The position numbers were made by a program, and so were the translations under genes. Positions 48,649 to 59,251 of a DNA stretch of 64,000 bases are shown here, one piece after another. The notes below the pieces were generated by a model that saw nothing but the letters and a program-made list of their open reading frames with translations, was not told the DNA's origin and did not search any database. Position 1 is the stretch's first letter. Each line of letters begins with the position of its first letter. The stretch lies in NCBI GenBank assembly GCA_965644295.1, contig CBFFRP010000434.1, positions 146,634 to 210,633 of the forward strand, given 5' to 3'. The stretch is from Paraphysomonas bandaiensis (lineage: Eukaryota; Protista; Chrysophyceae).

Positions 48649-49380
48649 AAACCTAGAAACAGCGGTTATCGATCTACTTCATCCGCTTTATGCAACAGCG
48701 AAGCTAATGTTACCGGGTCGCGGCCGCCGTTATATCACTGCACACAAAGGACTCCCTAGGCTACCCCCGCGACCGCGTCAGAAACGGAGTCAGCCATGGA
48801 AACGTCCGAGAGTGCTACGTTACTAGGGGTCCACAGAAGACCTGCGACTGTGCCACCTCCCGCCTCACACACAAATCCCACCGACCTAATCCAATTTATC
48901 ACCGTCCAGACCCCACAAAGATGCCGTCTCCGGCAACTTCATCCACTCCCGAGGTCCAAAAAGAGCACAGCATCAGTGCCCATACATTCAACGCCTCCTC
49001 CCACCACTCTCTCTAACTCACAGCCCACCCACCAAGAACTCGGTACACTCAGGAGCTTAATACAAAACCTTGAGCCCCCTCCTAACCCAGTGGAGTCTCA
49101 TCCCAAGGGGAGACCTCCAGATCACACGCGCCGGTGAGTCCCAGGACACACGATCATGACGAGCCTTATAACACACACTAAGAACGGAAGTGGTCGCACC
49201 TTGGTGCTTGCGGCGACGCACAAGCAGCTTCTGTAGCGTTAAATAGTAGGATAAAAGAGTTTGTATTGATTAGTTACCACGGGTAGAGGTCAAAATAGTA
49301 TGTCTAGTATTCTTCTAGCCACCAGCCACTACATTGGTGCAGGTTTTCAACGCCTATTGCTAATAATAAGGCATTCAATA
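48649..49380 (+). mobile_element. 5'-truncated LINE family B end (PKGRPPDHTRR*), inserted in tandem at the 3' end of the previous element
   Basis: CATTCAATATATAACAATTA at 48629-48648 and 49372-49391. Confidence 0.85.
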
Positions 49381-49783
49381 TATAACAATTATAGATTAAA
49401 AGTATTTAAAAGGGATCCAAGCAGTCAGAACTAGATAAGTGCAATGTCCACTACGCATGTATGTATGTCTAAGTTAACGACAATGTAGCGCTCAAGAGAA
49501 ACTAGAGCAATAAATTTTCAATATATCAACGAGTTCATAGATTGGAAATCTGTATCGACACTCTGTATAGGATTAGTTAATTGCTGAAGAATAAATAAGA
49601 AGCTATGGTAATAATAAATAATGGATTTTAAAATAAATTCATGTAATACTATAGTTGAAACAAAAAAGAACATAATATATCGTATCCAAAGAGTAAAATA
49701 TATTGCTCACAGTACAAATCAATGGAATGTAAAAAACTATTAGGAATCATCTGCAGTCTCCAAAGGGATACATCAGACCATAT

Positions 49784-50794
49784 CTACTCATGCTCAGTTA
49801 CTCTTGTTGGAGTAGAGGCTGCAGTGTACGAAGTTGGACTGACTGAGCTGCTGCCTCGAGAAGGCGTATAAGATGTACACAAGGGTTTACATTTTATACG
49901 TAATGGGGGGTAGTTATCCATCTCGTATTCTCTAAGAACATCAACGAGTGGATTGTCGTATTGCCTCGGACTGGGAGCATGAATTCGTTCAGTTGAGATG
50001 CTTGGGTTACGATCAATAAGGCTGCATACACTACTGCTCAGGGTTTTAAATACCCCTCGAGCGGAGTAGTTTGTAGTCTTCATATCTGTTAGCTCTTTCT
50101 TTATTGCAGCCAATCTGGAGGATAGCTCTTGTCTAAATATTACATCTTTATATCTTGAGCTGAGCACCCGTACATAAGATGCCTCCATCTGGGCTTTCGT
50201 TTTGCTGCGACGGTTGCAGATAGTACTCCAAAACGCCTCACCGCAGATCCGACGGCGAAGAGTGGCCTGTAAAGCTTTTAGAGGAGAACAGAGTGAAGGG
50301 TGGCCCTGGCACCATTGAGCAAACATGCTAGCAGTAATTACGTCGCCGTTACTCAACAATAGTTCAGAAACAGCATGTACATTCCCATCGTCTTTTAAAT
50401 TGTCTCCATGGATATCTACCAGCAACTTCCGCATATTTATAGAGGTTAAGGAATTGATATTGTCGTCGTCATATACAATGAATATGTACGGTGCCAGTTC
50501 ACAGGCCTCCAGTGATAGAAAGCACCACACCAGACATACAAATTGGGAAAAGTTCACACTCTTCGCACCAGTCACCTGACAGAATCTCCGGGGACTGAAT
50601 ATTCTATGCTCCAACTTTCCGGCCTGTAATCCCAATTGTGTAAATATATTATGAATGTCGACACTATCGCAGTGCGGAGGGGAGAAGCCGGAGAACACAT
50701 CAAACAATAGATTGAGCTCAGAGTATGACAGCCCAATTTCTTTTAGAAGCACGGAACTGATCGAGTCTACCGAAGAGCTTTGGCAAGATCCCAT
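49784..50794 (-). CDS. EF-hand-like protein, inverted copy 2
   Basis: Differs from copy 1 by N>D, H>Q and the last few residues. Confidence 0.7.
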   Translation of the reverse strand: MGSCQSSSVDSISSVLLKEIGLSYSELNLLFDVFSGFSPPHCDSVDIHNIFTQLGLQAGKLEHRIFSPRRFCQVTGAKSVNFSQFVCLVWCFLSLEACELAPYIFIVYDDDNINSLTSINMRKLLVDIHGDNLKDDGNVHAVSELLLSNGDVITASMFAQWCQGHPSLCSPLKALQATLRRRICGEAFWSTICNRRSKTKAQMEASYVRVLSSRYKDVIFRQELSSRLAAIKKELTDMKTTNYSARGVFKTLSSSVCSLIDRNPSISTERIHAPSPRQYDNPLVDVLREYEMDNYPPLRIKCKPLCTSYTPSRGSSSVSPTSYTAASTPTRVTEHE

Positions 50795-51373
50795 CGAATG
50801 AGTGATGTATATGGTTTAATGTAGTGCTTGAGCTCCGTGCAAGGGGATTGAAGTGTGTGAGTGTGATACTGTATCCATGTAAAGGAAGTGAAGTTCACAA
50901 TTGTTTGGTCCTTATCCCCTTCCATTTTATCTGACAAATAATATTACAGCACTGTGAAACAAGAGCCTGTGATTTGCTCTCTATTTGAAGTTTGCTGAGC
51001 ATAATGTGGTGTAAACCGCATACGGACGAGGAAGGCAGAGGATTCCTACTGTACCACATATCCACGATATACCGTATACGGTATACAGCACGGTATACCA
51101 GGTATGGACTGCGCGGCTGTGACCTGTGCTCCTCTATATGATGTGGTGCTGTACTGTATACATATGCAATACATGGACTGCTGCTCATACATGTCTACTA
51201 TAGACATGTATGAAGTATATACGCAACACTACTGGATGCTGTATACACACATATACACATACACGAACCACGCAGAAGAGCTTGTAAGTCAGTAGATGGC
51301 ACAGGCTTACAAACACCAGACTCAAGAGGTGCCACTGTTAAATTAGGTTAGGAATAATCTGTGTGTAGCTGAT

Positions 51374-54300
51374 ATGCTGCGCTTGCACCGTGCTCTGCGG
51401 GTGACCCAGCGCTCTCTCCTTGCCTCTTCCAATGCACAGTATAGCCCTTACAACTCTATTAGCACCACACACACTACCAGAGAGATGAAGAGATATGGGG
51501 TGCGGGCCTTTGGCGATACTGCTAGACCTCCCAGTCATTCACGCCCCCCTCAAACTAAAGGGCCTCGAAAGACGATTCCCAAACACACACAGGTGGACCC
51601 AACAACTCAGGCTGTAAGAAAAGAACTCGCCGCTCTATCGAATACGTTTATTCGGACCAGAGATGTTGATGATTTGTTTGAACGCTATGCACCAAGCGAT
51701 ATGGATCCAGAGTTGCTTGTGGAGGTTGTCAAGACCTTGTCGACGAATAGGTTTATATTGAAACCTAGGCATGTGAAACATGTATCAGATATGCTACTTA
51801 AAAACGGCCATAAATTAGATCGTTTCAAATTAGGTTAGTAGATCACTAAGATCATGTGTTGTAAAATGTTTATAATTCTTTGTACTGTGTTGCGTGTATT
51901 GTATTGTGCGATATCGTAGAACTGGCGGGTTTCACATGGCGAGTGTATGACCTGGATGCTGTACATTATGTGCTAAGAGTTGTTCGTTTTTATAACAGGA
52001 AGCCTGTTTTATCACACCAGAACTATTCCCCAACTTGAATCTACTGAGCGTTTAGAGATGGATCGACTCTACAAAGTTTTAACACACACACTGTTTGATT
52101 CAAGTGTGAAGCCTCACGGAAGAAGTGCTTCCCACTTGGCAGTAATCATGCATGGGCTGCAAAATGCTACATCATCGACAGTAGTAGATAAGTTACTGAG
52201 AGCGATAACAAACGCGATTAATACCTCCCCACATCTCTGGAAGGGGAAGGATCTAGGCATGGGACTCTATGGGCTGAAAAATATGGAAAACACTGAGGCA
52301 GTGAAAGAACTTTTGTCTGCTTTAATTTCTAAAATGCACCCCTCAGGTCCGTACATGTGGTTCATGTATATGTCTATAGTACGTGTAGTGTGTTATGCGA
52401 GTCAGGGATAGTGTAGTATATAGTGTAGAATACCGCCCTGCCTGCAGTGCATTGGCGGTGTCGTGTAGGGCATGCACTATTCCAGCTTTGTGGCATCTTT
52501 GTACTAATTCTATGCTCATATCAGCTGTTATCGGGGCGGATGATATTGCAAGTGCCTCGATTGGCCTACAACATATGTCTGCCTCTACTGAAGTTTTGGA
52601 TTTGTTCTCCTTGTTCCGAGACCGTCTGTGTGCTACGGAAGTCATTGTCAGCGAAAAGAATATATGTAATATCCTATACAGTCTCCACAGCAAGCAGTGC
52701 TCTGTACCGGAGGTCCGAGTACTACTGCATACCGTAACAGACATATTGAGATCCCCAGCGGGTAGTAAAATGGCCTTCAACTCGCGGGGTGTGTCGTCTA
52801 GTCTTTACGGTCTTCGGAGCATGAAATCTACAACAGAAGAGGTGAGGAATCTGCTAGAAGCTCTTCAGGGTCCTATAACCCGAAATTATGAGCCTTTAAC
52901 AGCGAGATCAATTGGAGATGCACTATATGGACTGCAGGGCATGAGCCCAGAACACCCTGAAGTGGCTAATTTACTATCGTGCTTGACTTCTTCTATCAAA
53001 AATTCGAAAGAAAAACTCTCCGGCAGACATCTTGGAAAAGCTGTGTATGGCCTGAAAAACATGTCCTCCGACTACGCAGTAGTTAGAGAGCTGGTGTACG
53101 CCCTTGCTGACAGAGTCTCTGCCGCTGGGACGAATGAAAGCGCTTGCCCAGAGGGGTTCTGGAGTCAATTGAATGAAGAAGCTCTTGCCGGTGTGATATA
53201 TGGTCTGAGGAACATGAAGAACGATTGTGTAGAAGTCGATGCTCTGTTAGAGGTCATTGCACGTGAGCTACAATCTTGGAAACATTTGATTACTATCTCT
53301 GATAGCAGTTCGAGTATATTATTTGGTCTGCGTAACATGACTCCGACTCCTAGTGTGCGTTTGATACTGAGTAGTTTAGCTGAGATCACTGCAAATACCA
53401 GCACTCCGATCCACATATCGCGCGTAGCTCCAAGTATATATGGACTAATGTCGATGAATGAGTGTGATGAAGTCATGCAAATTTTGGCGGCTTTGGACGA
53501 GAAGTTATGCATGTCTACTGGAACAATTACGAACAGAGATGTTGCCCACATATGTTTTGGATTACAGGGAATGTGTAGTTTAAATGACACTGTTAAATCA
53601 GTGCTGGCTACAACTCTCGACAAAGCTTTGAAAAATAACTTGACCCTGCATGCAATTGACGTGGCCATGGTTATATATGGGCTGAAGTCGCTACCGAAAG
53701 ATTATCTGGAAGTGAAAGATATACTGACGTTATGCTGTAAGAGTTTAAACGAGTGCCAACCAGATGAATTTGATCATAAGCAAATTGCTATGATTCTAGT
53801 TGGGCTGGCTAATTGTAGCTCCAATCTCAAAGTAGTTTCTGAAATTGTTGTGGCTGTTACAAGGATATTGAATCATAACCATATTGTTCTTCCCCCGCAT
53901 GAGCTCTCTACTTGTCTTTTTGGCCTAAAATCAATGACATCTGCACAGCCTGAAGTCAAGGATCTCATAGCGGCTGTGTTGGCAGTGAAGTCTGCAGAAC
54001 CTATGACTCCTGCGGGGGTAGCTCGTGCTTTATGTGGAATGCAAAGCTTGAATTCGCATCACCAGTGTACTAAAGAATTGGCTGTATATTTGGCCTCTCA
54101 GCTGCATACTGTTAGAACTCAAATGACTCCTCATGAGATTGCTATCGCTATGTTTGGGATGAAGAGTTTATCATCAGAACACGCTGAGATCAGACATATT
54201 CTCGGCCTTCTGGGCGAGGCTATACAGTCCACCAAAGAGCATTTTACCAATCAAGAGTTGAGTATCATGTTTGACGGCCTTAGCTCCTCCAATGACCGGT

Positions 54301-55427
54301 CAGAGGAGTCAATGAATGTCCTACAAGGCCTTGCTAATCGGCTGGATCACACTGTTGGTGATTTTACTGCCATTCAACTCACCGATATGTTGCATGGCCT
54401 TCAGGGTTTCAGCTCTCGTTCTGTAGATATTAAGCGTATTCTACGCATTCTAACTCCGGTTATGCAGAAAACCATTCGCGGAAAATTGGATAGCGTGTAT
54501 GTGAACAAGGTACTCTTTGGTCTGCAGCGAATGGACTGCGGAGACGATGACGTTGTCAGCGCTCTTCACGCCCTCGGTGAAGTGGTAGCTTCACCCTCGA
54601 AGGTATCTGGAGGCGGATCGACCGAATGCAATAAACTTTCTCGCTGTTCGAATCATAGTTTTGCCAGTGAAATTGATGCCCTGCGTAAGGGCGTTGTGGG
54701 GCTGACATCTTTGTGTCAAATATATACAGCCACGATATCACCTGTACAAACCGCCGCCACCATGAGGGTTCGCAGTATTAGTGTGCTGTATCACCACATC
54801 ACTACTTTTCTACATAGTGCAAGGGAGGTGACTGGTAGCTACGACGCACGAGTTGTTGAGCTGACAGATATTGAACGAAGGAGTGCGTTGATGACTCTTG
54901 AGGAGACTCTACGGGGGCTACGTCTTCTTTTGCATTATTCACCTAATCTACCAGCGGATTTACTACACGCATTGGATGAAGCACGGCATTCCATTATTTC
55001 TATTCTCCAATCATCCGATAGTTGGAAGCTTGGGGAACAGAACAAAGTGGACGAGCAGGGCGCTATCGGCAGAATGGTGGATATAATAAAAGAGTTGTCT
55101 GGACCACACTTTCAGAATATTGAAGTGACGCGCAATGTCTGTATTGGCGAGGAAGAAGTATCGGGGTATGGTTTTCACCTGCCTGTAGTTGCAACTATGA
55201 GTACACAAGATGCAGAATATAGGGCGGCAGTGCACATTGATGATCGTGATACGTGCACGTACCCTGCCACACGGCGTCTACAATTTTTGAAAGAAAGGTA
55301 CCTCAAGGACGCTCATGGCATCGAGGTTATCCATGTCACTCGTGATGATACTGATGATGACGTCGCCAGGAAAGTGAAGGCAGTAGTTCAGAACTTCGCG
55401 ACGAAATCAGAGATAGCGTATAAGTAG
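51374..55427 (+). CDS. Helical-repeat protein (~40-aa repeats) with C-terminal RAP-like domain; 3 exons
   Basis: Mitochondrial-like presequence MLRLHRALRVTQRSLL; repeats such as LYGLQGMSPEHPEVANLL; C-terminus AVHIDD..TRRLQFLKERYLKDAHGIEVIHV. Confidence 0.78.
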
Positions 55428-55899
55428 ATAGTACATATAATACCATAGTGATAGAGTAGGAAGCAAGTTAGATGGGTATGGCTGTGGCAGGGCATGAAAA
55501 TTTAAAGTGTTGAAAAACCAGCAATATACATAATATAACTAGATTTTATAAAAAAGCTTCAAAGTGTACTGTTTCGCGAGTGGACGGTGCGTTGGGCTCA
55601 CCTATCGCACACTATTCACTTTAGTTGTACAATATATATATATATATCACATCTTACAACACCTTACATTCACCCATTCTACAATTTGGTAATTTCATCT
55701 GCTGTTGCGCACAGCTAGCGCTTTTCAAAAGCACAGTGTAGATCGTATAACCTATAGTACAGCGAAACGTAACACTGTAGGGCATATGATTCGAATTAAG
55801 CCGTGTAATATATATAAGGAACTCAAGATCTTTCTCTGCCCTACGGTGGCAAATACCGTTCAACACAAAGTTTCACCTTATTAACCAGCTTTAAGCTCA

Positions 55900-58440
55900 A
55901 TGTCCCTATTAAGGGTATGGATGAGTCATGTCAGTGTGCCTAGGGCCTCTTCTCCCTCTCTTCGGCCACATTTTGCTGATCACCTCGTCTCCGACAAATC
56001 TCTTGTTTTACCACGTTGTACATGTTCCAAGCCTCACTGCCTGGCTTTGCGACTTCCACCCAACCTAACGGCTTCGGCTAAACCACGTGCCTGCACTAAT
56101 GCAGCGCTTACCGCATTCATATGCCATCACATCAATAGACATCATAGTCTCACCTATCGAATTCTACGGTTACAACCACTCAAAACGTGGCTCGTGCGAG
56201 CAGGTCCACGCAAAAGATCCTCTGGTGCTCTCCATATGGTCACAGAATACTCTCGAACCCTCACAACTGAGCTACAGGGCTGCCTCCTGATGTCCACACA
56301 AAACAACCCAACATGGTTTGTCTGTGGTCTATGCATCCAGCAGGTTACCCCCTCATTCTGTTCACCTATCACTCCCTCAGCCCATTCCTCTTATTGGACA
56401 GACACTGTATTCCGCATACGGTATATTCGGCTACTGTACTACAGTGCCCTACAGGATGTATACCACACAAAAACGGTGCTAGCATGCGGTACACCACGTA
56501 GCCCCGGACCCCATCAATACCCTACCAACACACACCCACTCAATCTTGCTGGTTATGAGTATATCACCTATGCAAGGCCCCAAAGTTCACGCTTAAGTCT
56601 CTTGCGTAACAACACTCGGTTCACATACAGATATACACCAACACCCTTTAGAAGCAACTTCGACACAATTTCAATGAAACGTGAAACAAATTCCAACACT
56701 TCCAGAACCTTCACCCCGAAGTTTGTTCTTCCCCCCTCCTATCAACCAACCAACATTGATGCGCAGATCAATAATGCTATCAGAGAACAGAAGAAAGCCA
56801 AAGCTGACACTCCCCAGCTACAGCTCCCATCGGTACGCACCTTTCTGGGATGGGAAAATGACCTACCTGTGGGAGAGTACAAAACACTCGTCCTTACAAA
56901 CATAAAAGCTGCTGATGATGCCACCTTCCTGGGGATAACACACTACCTTATCCATGAGTTGGGGTTTCCCATTCAACCCCCTACCCCCCAAGACATCGCT
57001 ACCTTCAGGGCAGCCAAGGATGCACGAACGTGTTCAGACTTACCCGCTCCCACAGCGAGTAGGGTAGTCCGAGCGTTCGACCTAGGCAGACCTGGGTACG
57101 AAGTCCGACAGGGCATGGGAGCGAATGTTACCGCTGACTCATGTATGTACTCCTCCCCTCTATGCTTTGACCTCCATGTAGAAACGGGCACATCAGTCGA
57201 TGACAAAGGCCTCCTTCGGACCGAACGCCGACATGTCCAGATATCACTTTTCCGAACGCCACGAGAACTCTTCGTGGGTCGCACCAAGGATGAGCCCTCG
57301 CTGATACCAGTGGCGGCTATATATGGGCTACATGCAGACTCAGCGCACACCAGACCTGCACATGCCTTTAGGTTACGAAACACGCTGGATATGCTTCTCC
57401 GAACGGGAGGTTTCCCCACGCCACCTCTATACGAAGTATTCTGGACTCTAACACACTATAGAGGCAAGACTCGAGCCACTGATAAAACATATAGGTTCTA
57501 TCAGATTCTATTACTCCACGATCCCATTCACGATCAGGATCTAAGAGCTAAATTCTATAAAGCACTCTTCAATAATGAAATAGGAGGACATGTCGAAATC
57601 AACCTCGGCTCACTCTGTTGTAGAATGGTCAGCACTGAAACACCCACGCAAAAGCAGTCCAACTGGACACCGTCTCAAGAACTCTTCCGCATCGCCGTCT
57701 GCTCTGAAACACTCCTATCTCCCATCCAAGTCTGGCAAGCCTGTGAGGCCATAGGTATCCCATCCACGGACATAGAGGACATCATTTGGACCGCCCGCAA
57801 CCCACTCACAAGCGGGCGCAAAGAAAAAGAACGCTTAGTTGAACAAACCTACATTTACCTTGACGACAGGAATACCAAGATCAAACTCTGTTGGGAAATC
57901 TCACGCACAGGTATCGTGCCTTTACTGCGCAAAGCTCTGGGTGACGAAACTCTAAGGCTCCTCTATCACACCATAGCAGTCCCCCCTGGCCTCCCTACTC
58001 AGCGGTTTCTATACGGCCTCCATAAGGCCCCAGACACAGCAACAAACGCCCCTCCCATAATACCGCCTCCAACGTCCCTTCAACCCTTCGGTCCAACTGT
58101 TGCTCCACAAATGCAGACCGATACACCGCGATCGTACACTCCCAAACGACAGCGACAGATGGACACATCCCCATCAACAGAGCCAGCACCAGCTCCCACC
58201 TGCCCAGAGCTCTGCGAAATAGCTCTACACATCGCTTCAGATCTTGTACCTCTGTCAAAAATCCATGCCATCCTCGCGCAAATGGAAAACGCGGTTGCAG
58301 CTCTCTATGAGATCGATGCTGGGGCGACTCTCACGGTACTTGATTACTATAAAAACAAGGTAGATCACAGTATCCCAGAAAGGTCCTCAGAAGAACACTC
58401 TCGGGTGGACTCGGACATCTTCGGCTCCGACTCCAACTGA
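55900..58440 (+). CDS. ORF1 of the giant LINE (true start may be ATG 56674); no recognised domain
   Basis: 846-codon intronless ORF upstream of ORF2. Confidence 0.65.
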   Translation: MSLLRVWMSHVSVPRASSPSLRPHFADHLVSDKSLVLPRCTCSKPHCLALRLPPNLTASAKPRACTNAALTAFICHHINRHHSLTYRILRLQPLKTWLVRAGPRKRSSGALHMVTEYSRTLTTELQGCLLMSTQNNPTWFVCGLCIQQVTPSFCSPITPSAHSSYWTDTVFRIRYIRLLYYSALQDVYHTKTVLACGTPRSPGPHQYPTNTHPLNLAGYEYITYARPQSSRLSLLRNNTRFTYRYTPTPFRSNFDTISMKRETNSNTSRTFTPKFVLPPSYQPTNIDAQINNAIREQKKAKADTPQLQLPSVRTFLGWENDLPVGEYKTLVLTNIKAADDATFLGITHYLIHELGFPIQPPTPQDIATFRAAKDARTCSDLPAPTASRVVRAFDLGRPGYEVRQGMGANVTADSCMYSSPLCFDLHVETGTSVDDKGLLRTERRHVQISLFRTPRELFVGRTKDEPSLIPVAAIYGLHADSAHTRPAHAFRLRNTLDMLLRTGGFPTPPLYEVFWTLTHYRGKTRATDKTYRFYQILLLHDPIHDQDLRAKFYKALFNNEIGGHVEINLGSLCCRMVSTETPTQKQSNWTPSQELFRIAVCSETLLSPIQVWQACEAIGIPSTDIEDIIWTARNPLTSGRKEKERLVEQTYIYLDDRNTKIKLCWEISRTGIVPLLRKALGDETLRLLYHTIAVPPGLPTQRFLYGLHKAPDTATNAPPIIPPPTSLQPFGPTVAPQMQTDTPRSYTPKRQRQMDTSPSTEPAPAPTCPELCEIALHIASDLVPLSKIHAILAQMENAVAALYEIDAGATLTVLDYYKNKVDHSIPERSSEEHSRVDSDIFGSDSN

Positions 58441-59251
58441 CTCCTACTGGACTGGGACACAACGAACATCAAACGTACACTCATAGAAGTGTCCGCAGCT
58501 GCTCACACGTGGTTATCCCCCAGTCCACACTTACATATCCATAGTTGGCCCTCACCTGACACAACGACCTTCGCCTGTAGCACCCACATGCGTCCACCAC
58601 GTAAACCGCCAGACAAACAGTCGAGATCCACCAGTGTACATCCCACGAAAAGGCACCAAGGACCGCACTTTTCCTGTGATAATAGTGGTGATGGACCACG
58701 AAAACGGCCGGCCTCGACACAACGTAAGCGAAACAACCTCCGGCGGCTCAGTCGCAAACGAACTCTGCAACAATTTCGTGAAGGAACAATCCAGTCCCTC
58801 CCTCCACACATACAACGTCAACAGACACGAAACAAGCTCCGCATCCGTGCCCACAACAAGCAAGCATGGCGAGAGCATTTACAACACCTGGCACAACAGT
58901 GTGTAGACACACACAACATCGTGACCACTCCTATACCTGACACAGCACCCACAGCTGTTACAGCACCCCCCGTCCAGAAGACTCCACACATACTATTTGC
59001 CTCCCTCCGCCCACAGTGGAGGACGAACAAGAGAGAACAATCACTGACACAAGTGTACTGCCTCAACTATTTGTGCCGCACCCTCTGCCAGCTGCCTTCA
59101 CGGACCCCGGACTGCAGAATTGGTCCTTCTACTCGCCCAGCGGTCTGTTAGCCATTGCCATACACGAAGAGGTGGTTCACAGTGTCATGTCCATGCTACA
59201 ATCGAGGCACGCTTTAGAACGCATAGAACAGCACCTCAGATGTTCGCTTGA

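Noticed and set aside
58438-58440. Genome-wide TGA reassignment to explain the in-frame stop
   Set aside because: The dynein light chain ends at TGA at its conserved C-terminus, and Trp is encoded by TGG throughout.
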